A DNA stretch of 64,000 nucleotides, taken from the NCBI GenBank assembly GCA_052327205.1, contig CM126203.1:85188001-85252000 (forward strand), written 5' to 3'. Position 1 is the first letter of the stretch, and each line of letters opens with the position of its first letter. This document shows positions 1 to 9,800 of this stretch, in pieces. The notes beneath the pieces are model-generated. The model did no database searches, was not told the DNA's origin, and was given only the letters and a program-made list of their open reading frames with translations. Source of the stretch: Somniosus microcephalus (Eukaryota). The position numbers were made by a program, and so were the translations under genes.

Positions 1-165
1 CCCCACCTGATGCAGGGTCATCCAGACTCGAGTCGACATTGGCTTGTTCTCTCTACACGGATGCGGCCGGACCTGCTGTGATTTCCAGCCAAAAAAAAAA
101 AAAAAAAAAGTTTTTTGTCTGTTTTTTTGTTTTTCATACAGACCCCAGCATCTGCAATATTTGAC
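1..165 (+). repeat. Degenerate Penelope-like (PLE) terminal fragment with decayed hammerhead core
   Basis: ctgatgcagggtcatccagactcgagtc...gacctgctgtgatttccagc...cagcatctgcaatattt resembles the copy at 49690-49830. The core is mutated (CTGATGC, GAGT in place of CTGATGA, GAAA). Confidence 0.55.
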
Positions 166-169
166 CCCT

Positions 170-482
170 TGTGACCCCACCTCATTGTTCTTTGATGTAA
201 TGTTTCCCTGACTGACCTGTTTGGACACCATTCACACCTTTGACTGCTGTGATTATCTCTCTGCCGAGGTGTGATTAATGGCAGTTGGAACGGTTACCTG
301 TAAACATCTGACATGATTCTCTGACTATATAAGCTGTGTCTTTATGCATTTCTCCACTTCACCTGAAGAAGGAGCAGCGCTCCGAAAGCTTGTGATTTCA
401 AATAAAGCTGTTGGACTATAACCTGGTGTTGTGTGACTTTTTACATTTGTCCACCCCAGTCCAACTCCGGCATCTCCACACC
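170..482 (+). mobile_element. Penelope-like element pLTR/3' fragment (TATA - hammerhead - AATAAA)
   Basis: TATATAAG at about 326-332, hammerhead motif at 359-395 and AATAAA at about 402-407. This order is typical of PLE pseudo-LTRs. Confidence 0.65.
359..395 (+). ncRNA. Minimal type-I hammerhead ribozyme motif
   Basis: TCAC (helix I) - CTGAAGA - A - GGAGC/agc/GCTCC (helix II) - GAAA - GC - T T - GTGA (helix I). The palindromic AGCT helix III matches dimeric PLE hammerheads. Predicted cleavage is after nt 391. Confidence 0.75.
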
Positions 483-971
483 ATAAATAAACAGAGATCA
501 GGCAACTTGATTTGAAATGGCATCTACAAACCAGTCAGGAACTTGCTCCATCCCCTTCACAGGATGATACTCTCAGGGAGCTACCGAAGAACACCATTTT
601 AGAAAAAACAAGATGTTGAACTAGTTAAGTATTCATTTTAAAATATTTAATGCGGTAATTCTTTAGATCTGAAAATGGACAGATCTCTGATCTCCCACAT
701 CCTCTGTGGGGGTCATTTTCACTTTAAGCGGTAATCTAGCAGAGCAGAGTGCCCGCCCATTCTAAAACCCGCCCAATTTTCATTTCCATCAAGTTCACTG
801 CTGCTCTACAGATGAACAGACGTGATCCCATTATCAGTATTTCCCTATCAACTAAGATCGATTCCTCCAGCAGCACAAAAAGCAAGCAGACGCCAAAGAA
901 TTATACATGAATTTCAATCCGCTTACAAAGTCACTAAAATCCAGAAATCCATGAGTAAATTGACTACTCAC

Positions 972-1005
972 CTTTTAGTCTTATGCTCTCTGGGCTTCCA
1001 TCTTG
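972..1005 (-). CDS. FSTL5: FSTL5 34-nt coding micro-exon (second coding exon), QDGSPESIRLK-G
   Basis: Minus strand reads tctgttttattacag|CAAGATGGAAGCCCAGAGAGCATAAGACTAAAAG|gtgagt, with canonical acceptor and donor. The phase-0 start matches the phase-0 end of the exon at 50387. The peptide matches the remembered vertebrate FSTL5 segment QEKNQESSRVKG that follows RLRHK. Confidence 0.9.
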
Positions 1006-2746
1006 CTGTAATAAAACAGAAAATAAAATATTAGAGAAAAACAGCACAAATGAATGGAAGAACATTAAACAAAAAAAAAATTTACTTGTGGAGGTATTCA
1101 TTTGTTTATATTACTAGATATATAAAAAAGGAATTTCTACAGTTAATTCTGCATTTACTTTTGTTGTATGTTAGAAATGTATTTTTAAACCTTACAATAC
1201 TCATTGGCTCACATCCCCTTCCTGTTTGATACCACTGAAACACACCAATGATTGACCTGTTTATATCCATGACAGCATTAGATCAGTTTTGAGATCTTTG
1301 CCATTTGATTGGGAGTAAAACCAACTTCTGAAATCACACTTAAACCAATGAAATTACAGTTTTTTAAAAGTTGATTCCTGTTCCAAAACAGTTGGCGATA
1401 GCTGGGAGGCAAATGATTTCAAATTTCAAAACAATTAGGGAGAAAAAGTTAGAACAGGCAAAACAGTTGCATTAGGTAGAAGAAAGAATAATATTAAGCT
1501 TTGAATTACAAAAATAAGACTGAGAAAGAACAGGAAAAAGGAAATACAGGTCAGGCTAGATTGAAGCCATTTAAAAATTTTAATTTAAAATTGTGCTTTT
1601 GATGTTTATGTTGGTGCTGCAGGGTTAATACAGCAGTAATAGAGCTATGCCTGATGGTTTAGTAACTTTATTCCTATACTATTACTAAGACAGGAATTTC
1701 CTTGAATCCATCAGCAGTCTAAGAACTTTTTTTCAGTTAACCCCCTTTCTTAAGTCTCCCAGTGGATTTTTCCAATCTGCAAGACTCCTCCTTCACTTGG
1801 AAGGGCTGCATGAACTGAACCGCATCCTACTGCCATACCTACTGCACGACAAACCAATAAGAAAAGGTGTTTGTTCACGGCACTGTACTGCTTTGAGGGG
1901 GTCCGTCTCAGCAGGAATTTCTAAGTTATTTGCAAATTAGTATGGGAGTCCATTGTTCTACCACTACAACAATCGTCGGTATCCCTTGTTAAAAAAATCT
2001 TAATATTCTTTAATTCTTTGGGGGAGAAATTGGGTATAGACCCGCTTGAGGTGCTAGAATTGTCGGAGCGCAAATTGTATCGCCAGGTGCAACTTATCGC
2101 CACCTCCAGCGATATTGGGTTTCATCGCCCCTGAAGGAGATTGCGGCGTAAAATCAGGCGCTGCACGGGAATCCTAAGGCGCTAACCTGGCGGCGCTACT
2201 CAATATCTGGGCGGACGGGCGCAGCGCAGGTGCTGTCAATAATCGATGACCACGAGACATGCTGGCGCCGGCCAGCTCTTAAAGGGGCGGGTCATTTAGG
2301 TTCAGTAGCCACACTCATCGCCCTGTAGGCCTCAAAATCGGCGCTGTGCAATCTGAGGCATTACAAACTTTGACCAGATGGAGAGGGTGAGGCAGAGAGC
2401 GGAGCGCTTTACCGAAAGGGCATTGGATGCTTGGGTTGGCGCAGTGGAGCGCCGGCGAGCAGTGCTGTACCCTGACAATGGCAGGAGGCCTCATCAGAAC
2501 GAGTACCGCAGAGCTTGGAGGGAAGTTTGTCAAAGAGTCAACTCCAGCAGCGTAGCGCCCAGGACACCTGTGCAATGCAGGAAGAAGTTCAACGATCTCA
2601 CTCGGGTCGTTAGGGTGAGTGGCTTGTTGGCAATCTTCTTCATCCCTCCATCTGCACCTGACTTTATAGCCAGAGGGTGCACGATGCCCCAATGGCCATC
2701 TGTCAGCTAGCACCCATGGCCCTTTCTGGGAACGCACACGCACATT

Positions 2747-2862
2747 CAACTCAGGGCATAATGTAAGGGCTGATCCACCATGGGGGGGCATGAGATGACA
2801 ACTCAGGGCATAATGTAAGGGCTGATCCACCATGGGGGTGCATGAGATGACAACTCGGGGCA
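2747..2862. repeat. 52-bp tandem duplication in Myb gene intron 1
   Basis: Unit caactcagggcataatgtaagggctgatccaccatggggg(g/t)gcatgagatga starts at 2747 and 2799, with a partial copy at 2851. Confidence 0.9.
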
Positions 2863-3607
2863 GCATGTTTCATAACTTCCCGTCCTTTCTCCTGCAGGGC
2901 AAGCTGGCCAGGAACCGGAGGGAACAGATTCGTACTGGAGGGGGCCCTCCTCAGCTGCAGGAACTCACGGACCTGGAGGAAAGAGTCCACCAGATTGTTG
3001 GAGGCCGGATGAGTGGTCCTGTCACCACTGGAGCTGCCGACCCCATTGTGCACAGCAATGGTAAGGTCATCACCTTTTTGAACTCTCTCCTTCCACTTGT
3101 TCCCCCCACCAGCATGCTTTTTCACTCTGGACCCATGTCAGAGCATTGCAGCACTCTTGCATCCCTTGCTGCCACCCTGTCCTTTCGCTAAAGCCACTCT
3201 TCAACCTCCCTGCTTTCAGATGCTGCATCACCAGCTCGGGAGCCGGGCCATCAAGCTGCCAGGGACACTGACTCCGGAGGCGACGAGCAGGAGGAAGCCG
3301 GACCATCCGTCCCACCCTCAGGCGAGCCAGCCCATCTGCAGACTGGGGATAGTGCTTCCCTGGAAGGGAGCGGGGGGGAATGGCTCTGAGGAGGAACCAG
3401 TTGCAGGAACCAGCGGCCTCCAGCAGCGCAAGGGGGGTAGGGAAGGTCGGGAGCCATCTCCCCGGAGGGCGCGTCAGGCCACGATGACTGCTGCACAGAG
3501 CGCAGAGAGGTGCGTTGCCTCGCAGAATGAGCGCCCAGGCTCGGCTCAGGCACACTGAGCTGATGGCTGCAGTTGCAAGGATGCCTGAATCCATCGAGAC
3601 ACTGGCA

Positions 3608-3805
3608 AGGAGTGTGCAAGACTTCAGGGCAGCACAGGAAAGGATTGTGCAAGACTTCGGGGCAGCACAGGAAAGGAGTGCCCAGGGCTTCGGGGCAGCC
3701 CTGGAAAAGACTGCCCAGGGCGTCGGTACATCACTGGAAAGGACTGTCCAGGGCGTCGCTACATCACTGGAAAGGACTGTCCAGGGCTTCACCGAAGCAC
3801 TGGCA
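3608..3805 (+). repeat. Six 33-bp coding tandem repeats (11-aa units)
   Basis: RSVQDFRAAQE/RIVQDFGAAQE/RSAQGFGAALE/KTAQGVGTSLE/RTVQGVATSLE/RTVQGFTEALA. Confidence 0.9.
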
Positions 3806-4381
3806 CCTGCCACGCAAGTGCTGAGTGCTGCCACGCAGTCCCTCGCTGGCCTCATGCAGAGGCAGATTGAGGCCACACAAGCACTGACTGCTGCCACCCT
3901 CAATGGATCAGGCAGTATTACCCGGGGCCCTTGCAGCACCACAGCAGGCCAGCAATCTGTGGACCAGCCAATTGGTCCGCATGCTGTGGTGCTACCCCGT
4001 CAGAGTGCCAGTGTGTCGGCCGACCACGGAGCAGGTGTCCACTCTCAGGATGTCAGCATTCCTGATGCCAATGCTGGCACGTCTCCACTGCAGCTGCCAT
4101 CACCTGCAGGACAGACTGCTTCCACCCATGCCCAATTGGAGCAGTCAGCATCCGGCCCCTCCAAGCCCAGAGTCCGTCCAGGCCGTCCCTCAGGGGCATC
4201 TGCGCTTTCGGACAGTCAGCAGGCGTCCCCCAGCCTTCATGCAGCCACTGGGGTCCCATTACGGAGGAGCTGCAGGGAGGGAAGGGGCCGTTCTCGCAAG
4301 AGAAGTAGATCACCATCAAAGGGGAAAGAGTAGAAGGCGCTGCTGAAATGTCCTATTTCTAGAAATCAAGGCCGTGGATGC

Positions 4382-4485
4382 TGGTCTGAATGTTAGTCAT
4401 GTTTTGGATAGCCTCCCGGGTGTGCAAGTCACTTGGTCTGAATGTTAGTCATGTTTTGGATAGTCTCCCGGGTGTGCGAGCCATT
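4382..4485. repeat. 52-bp tandem duplication in the Myb 3' UTR
   Basis: tggtctgaatgttagtcatgttttggatag(c/t)ctcccgggtgtgc... starts at 4382 and 4434. Confidence 0.9.
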
Positions 4486-4557
4486 TATGTGTTAGTTTGT
4501 TAGTTAAGCTTTCTGTTGCCATTGCTTTGTCATGTTGGAAGGAAGCACAGTTTTCAA

Positions 4558-4577
4558 AATAAACAAAACATTTTATT
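4558..4577. terminator. Back-to-back polyadenylation signals of the convergent Harbinger-1 genes
   Basis: AATAAA on + at 4558-4563 and TTTATT (AATAAA on -) at 4572-4577, lying between the two stop codons. Confidence 0.6.
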
Positions 4578-4689
4578 GTCATTGGCCATGTCTGCTATTT
4601 ACAATCATTGTGGCCTTCATAGGCTTTGGGTTATCCGAATGGTTCCATTCCTGATCTTCGAATGGCACCAAGCAGTCTGTGAGAGGGAC

Positions 4690-5820
4690 CTAGAACCGAC
4701 TCCCTATCAGCCTCAGACGGACGGCCCTTCCAGTTTCTCGGACCCTCCCGTCTTGGTCCTCCTCCTCCTCCTCCTCCTCCTCCTGCTCTGCTGGTCCTTC
4801 AATGTCTGCTGGCATTGGCTGGGTGTGCAGGGTGGCGAGGTTATGGAGCATGCAGCAGACAACGACGAAGTGGGAGACTCTCTCTGGTGAGTACTGCAAG
4901 GCGCCTCCCGAATGGTCCAAACAGCGGAACCGCTGCTTCAGCACGCCGATTGTGTGCTCCACAATGTTCCTCGTCGCCTGATGGCTGACATTGTAGTGCT
5001 CTTCTGCAGGGGTGCTGGGCGTATGGAGCGGGGTCATCAGCCATGGGCACAGTGGATAGCGCTTGTCGCCGAGAAGCCAGCCTTCTGGGTGAGCCGGGGC
5101 CTCGAAAAGGTCAGCGACTGAAGTCTGGCGCAGGATGAATGAGTCGTGGCTGCTGCCTGGGAACTGTGCATTGACCGCCAGGATCAGCTGCCGGTGGTCA
5201 CAGACCAGCTGCACATTCAAGGAGTGGAACCCCTTGCGGTTGCGGAACTCCTCAGGATTCTGTACAGGGGCCCGCAAAGCCACATGCATGCAGTCAATGG
5301 CGCCCTGCACCATGGGGAAGTCCGCTATTGCCGCGAAGCCCTCTGCGCGCTCCCGCTGCTTCTCCGGTGTCACATTGAAGGATATGTACTGACGCCACCT
5401 TTTAAACAGGGCATCTGTAACCTGCTGGATGCAGCTATGCACTGCAAACTGGGATATGTTGGCAATGTCCCCAGTTGCTGACTGGAAGGAGCCGGTCGCA
5501 TAGAAATTCAATGCCACTGTTATCTTCACAGCCACCGACAGAGAGGTCCTGCACCTTATCTGCGGCTGCAGATCTTCCTGAAGCAGGTGGCACAGCTCAG
5601 TCACCACCTCCTTTCGGAATCGCAGCCTCCTAACACACTGCTCCTCCGACATGTTGAGGTAAGAGAACTGCTGCCTGAATACCCTGGCAGCGTAAGGTCT
5701 GGTGTGGCGACGTCTTTTGGCCCTCCTCCATCTGGCCATTCCTGGCCCTCTCTCCCTCCGTCCCTGTGCCCTTTCCAGATGGTCGAGCAGCAGGACGTTC
5801 CCCTCCAAAGCAGCCCCCAT
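4690..5820 (-). CDS. Harbinger (HARBI1-like, DDE_Tnp_4) transposase, intact 376-aa ORF
   Basis: Uninterrupted ORF with motifs [37 protein letters not shown] and RNIVEHTIGVLKQRFRCL (D-D-E present). It has an acidic poly-E tail and an upstream TATAAAA (5998-5992, minus). Confidence 0.92.
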   Translation of the reverse strand: MGAALEGNVLLLDHLERAQGRRERGPGMARWRRAKRRRHTRPYAARVFRQQFSYLNMSEEQCVRRLRFRKEVVTELCHLLQEDLQPQIRCRTSLSVAVKITVALNFYATGSFQSATGDIANISQFAVHSCIQQVTDALFKRWRQYISFNVTPEKQRERAEGFAAIADFPMVQGAIDCMHVALRAPVQNPEEFRNRKGFHSLNVQLVCDHRQLILAVNAQFPGSSHDSFILRQTSVADLFEAPAHPEGWLLGDKRYPLCPWLMTPLHTPSTPAEEHYNVSHQATRNIVEHTIGVLKQRFRCLDHSGGALQYSPERVSHFVVVCCMLHNLATLHTQPMPADIEGPAEQEEEEEEEEDQDGRVRETGRAVRLRLIGSRF

Positions 5821-6892
5821 AATAATAGGTCAGCAGAAATTAAATAGGGTGTAAACGCTCACCAGCAGCAGGGTGATGGTATGAAGGCTGAATGTCCTCT
5901 GGCAGTGCTGGGTCACTAGTGAAACGGCTGAGTTCAACTTTGCAACTCTGTGTAAATCTCAAATAAGTTGTGCTCCCAAAATGGCTGCCGCTTTTATACC
6001 AGTGCAGTCCCCTTTAAAGAGCGCCCCCCTAAGCCCGAGAGCGACTGGGGAACGTTCCAGGAAGCAGTCCTTATTAGTGCCGGTCTGAACAGAGGAGCGC
6101 GCCACTGAATTTCCGGTCCGGGGCACCAAAAAGGCGTTGCACACTGAAATGACGTCATGATCTGCCTGCGCCCGCGAGCGGGCGCTAAGATCTAGCGCCG
6201 ACGCTAAAAGCCCACTCAATATGGCAAGAGGCGCTGGGTTCACTGTGCCCACCCGAAAATTGGGTAACGCCCCAATTCTCGGCCTCTTTAGGCACTAATC
6301 GCTGGCGCTAACAACCGAATTTCTCCCCCTTTGAATATTTTTGTTTAAGAAAGTATGCTAATGACATCATTGACAGAAACTGGCTTGGAGGAGTAGCTGA
6401 CCCCAACAGTGTGAGTGAGCTGATTTAACATGCACAATTAAATTGGCAAGATCACTGAAGCACCCCATATTAATGACTGAGGGAGGGAGGGGACATTTTC
6501 ATCAAGAGCAAGATAACAATCAGAAGTGATGCCACCAGTCCCACCCTGCTGTGACCCCCATCCCATTTTCCTGGGTGGGGTCAATTAATTACCCACAATG
6601 GACCCTGCTTTGAGGATTTGTCACGATCGGGAGGTAACTGATACAGAGATGTAGCATTACCCTCGCTGGAACAGCTTAAAGGCTTTGGCCATCAACTAAC
6701 TGGCCAATGTGCAGGAGCACCAAAGTGAATTCTAATCCTGCTGCAAGCCATCTTTAATGGCAGGGGCAGGAAGCATCTAAAGTGATAAAAACATTGATCC
6801 TGCTGGCTCCTGCTGCTACAGACTCCCTGTCCCCTCTTCCTTTCTGGCCCTCCCTTTCATTGGTGGTGCAGAGGCAGAGACAGAGAGCAATC

Positions 6893-9800
6893 TGTTAAGG
6901 GGGGAACTACTTTTTACAGCTCATGTATACTGTAGTACCGGCAGTGACCACACCTGTATATAGCACGGAGTAGTAATCTGTACAGTTCAGTTCCAGAGTG
7001 AGCCACGTTGAGTAAACACCTGTTGTACCATTCTCCTGCAGTCTGTGTCTTACTACTGACGGACACAACATTGGCGACGAGGCAAATTCGATCCTACCTG
7101 CAACTCTGCATCACCTCCCAGGGATTCATTCCTGGAGACCAGTAGATTGGAGGTCAAGGCCAGAGACACGGGCGTCGACCACGGGCAACCGCCCAGTCAT
7201 CCAGCAGAGACTCGAGAATTGCGGGGGAGGCTGCTGAGAGCCAGGCTTGGCTTTCCAGTCGCGGTGGTCCAGCGAGACGGGCTGGCAACAGGTAGTGCGC
7301 AGACCCTTCCCGGACAGCGGCGGGCTAGAGCCCGACCGAGCGGCACAGCAAAAGGCCGAGCAGCATCGACGGGAGAGAGAGAGGACAGAGCGCACAGGGC
7401 GCAGCCGGTGTTCAGGGGCCGAGCAGCGTCGAGGAGAGGGAGAGAGACGTGCAGAAACCCGCGAGGCACCGCCATTGCCACGAGGACCGCCGAGAGCGGC
7501 ATTGGCAGCAGCGCAGGAGAAGTGCGCGAAACCTACAGGGCGCCGCCATTGCCACAAGGACCGCCGAGAGCAGCGTTGGCAGCAGCGCAGGAGATGCGTG
7601 CGAAACCTACAGGGCGCCGCCATTGCCACGAGGACCGCCGAGAGCGGCGTTGGCAGCAGCGGGGGAGGAAGGAAAGCACGGGAGACGCCATTTTAAGCCA
7701 TTTTAAATCACACCCAAAATGCCGAAGAGTGGCAGTATCACCGCATTTGACAATGAAGTCGAAGATTGGACTACATATGTCGAACGAATAGAGGTATACT
7801 GCAAGGCAAATGAGGTGTCAGATGACAAGAAAGCGCCGGTATTGTTAAATTTAATGGGTGCAAAGACGTATGGCTTACTGCGAAACCTAGTAACCCCAGC
7901 GAAGCCAGTGGCAAAGCGTTTTGGAGACATACTACAGGAACATTTAAACCCCACACCACTGCTGATAGCAGAAAGATTCAAGTTTCACAAACGGAACCAG
8001 CATAAGGTGAAAGCAATGCTGAATATTTAACAGAACTGCGCAAACTATCGAAACACTGCCAGTTTGGAACGGGACTGGCAGATACCTTAAGGGACAAGTT
8101 TGGGTGTGGGCTTCAAAGTGAAGGAACCCAGAAACGGCTTTTATCTGAAAAGGACCTTACGCTGGACAAGGCTTTCAGCATTGCGGTATCATATGAAGCA
8201 GCAGCACGGGGCACTGCAGAGATACAACAGAGACCGCAAGAATATGGCACAAACAAAATGTCATACAGAACAGAGAAGTGCTATCGCTGCGGCAGAACAA
8301 CACACGACCACAATGATTGCTGATTCAAAGACAAAGTGTGCAGACAGTGTGGAAAAGTAGGACACATAGCACGAGTCTGCAGGTCGGGAAAGAAAACCAG
8401 CAATAAGAAATCTCCAAAAGAAAAGTACAAGAAGGTACATAAGGTGACGGAGAATAGTTCAGACGAACAAAAGAGTCATACCGACTCCAAAAGCAGGGAG
8501 CTGAGTTGTCTGAAACTACATAATGTGATCAAAACGGAGGATCACCGAACCATTTGGGTCACTCTCAAGATAGCAGGAGTCCAGGTAAAAATGGAATTGG
8601 ACACAGGATCAGCCCTAACAGTCATAAACCGACGGGACTACAAGCGGCTATTCTCACACATACCCTTGAGAGACACAAAAATTATTTTGAAGACGTACAC
8701 GGGACAAAAATTCTACCCCAAAGGAAAAATAAGGGTGACCGTTTTATATAACGGTAAGGAAACACCAAAACTAGACCTGTATGTATTGCAAGATGGAGGA
8801 CCACCATTACTGGGACGTGAATGGATCCGGAAAATACAGCTGGATTGGCATTCCATACAAGCACTGACTGTGGCTGCCAAAAAGGATGACGACGTCACAC
8901 CTGGGCGACTGTCAAAGATCCTAACCGACGCGCAAGAAGTGTTCCAGCAAGGACTCGGAACACTAAAAGGCATGACAGCAACAATTAAAATCGAAGAAAA
9001 CGCAAGCCCAAAATTTTTTAAGGCCAGACCGGTACCTTATGCGATCCGCCCAGCTGTCGAAGCAGAGCTGGAGAGTTTGGAACATTCAGGAGTACTGTCC
9101 AAGGTAGACTGGAGCGAGTGGCTACACCCATCGTCCCTGTGATGAAAATGTCATTGAGCAGCACGCCTGGGGAACCAAGGAAGGTTCGCATCTGTGGGGA
9201 CTTTAAGGTAACAGTGAACCCAGTCCTTCACACCGTGCAATATCCACTTCCGCGGATTGAAGATATTTTCGCCTCGCTATCTGGAGGAAAACGCTTCACT
9301 AAGATTGATCTGGCCCAGGCGTATCTGCAAATGGAGGTAGAAGAAGCATCAAAAAAATACCTCACAATCAACACCCATAAAGGTCTCTACCAATACAACC
9401 GGCTGGTATTCGGGGTAGCATCAGCTCCGGCTATTTGGCAAAGGGCAATGGAACAAGTCCTGCAAGGGATCCCAGGGACCCAGTGTTATTTGGACGACAT
9501 CCTGGTCACGGGCGAAAATGACAGTGATCACCTCGCCAACCTGGAGCAGGTGCTCACTAGATTGAAGGAATATGGGCTCCGAGCTAACCGCCCCAAATGC
9601 GAGTTTTTTAAAAAACAGATCTCGTATTGTGGCCACGTTATCGATAAAGAGGGGTTACATAAGTCCCCAGAGAAGATTGAGGCAGTAGTCAAGGCTCCAG
9701 TACCGGAAAATGTGTCACAACTGAGGTTGTTCCTCGGGCTGGTAAACTACTACCATAAGTTCTTGCTAAATTTGTCTACAATACTACACCCACTGAACAC

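Larger units (their letters stand above)
2378..4333 (+). pseudogene. Harbinger-1 Myb/SANT-like (MSANTD/NAIF1-type) DNA-binding partner gene, 3 exons (2378-2614, 2898-3060, 3220-4333), apparently frameshifted in exon 3
   Basis: Exon 1 encodes RFTERAL...AWREV...RTPVQCRKKFNDL (trihelix/SANT), exon 2 encodes RTGGGPP, and the C-terminus has a basic NLS (RRSCREGRGRSRKR). Introns are GT-AG, phases 0 and 1. The exon-3 frame hits TGA just after the G7 run near 3372-3389, and homology continues in two other frames. Confidence 0.85.
2020..6329. mobile_element. PIF/Harbinger DNA transposon, full length (Harbinger-1)
   Basis: 16-bp TIRs GGGGGAGAAATTGGGT / ACCGAATTTCTCCCCC (1 mismatch), TTT target-site duplication (2017-2019, 6330-6332), and convergent Myb/SANT and DDE transposase genes. 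Confidence 0.95.

Noticed and set aside
3608-3805. Regularly spaced 33-bp, 52-bp and 74-bp repeats as a CRISPR-like array
   Set aside because: The units are head-to-tail with no unique spacers, lie in eukaryotic TE genes or leaders, and there are no cas genes.
3070-3942. 290-aa antisense ORF and similar shadow ORFs over TE coding regions
   Set aside because: These are antisense shadows of GC-rich repetitive coding sequence.
4690-5900. FSTL5-transposase fusion by splicing (CSB-PGBD3-like), since the intact transposase is sense to the host gene
   Set aside because: No convincing polypyrimidine-AG acceptor was seen directly upstream of the transposase ATG. The ORF is also inside TIRs and a TSD, so it is not the domesticated HARBI1 gene.
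7126-7791. Long ORFs in the Gypsy leaders (also 57600-58224) as accessory or env-like genes
   Set aside because: They are stop-poor GC-rich tandem repeats, lack ATG starts or domain features, and the 74-bp unit shifts the frame.
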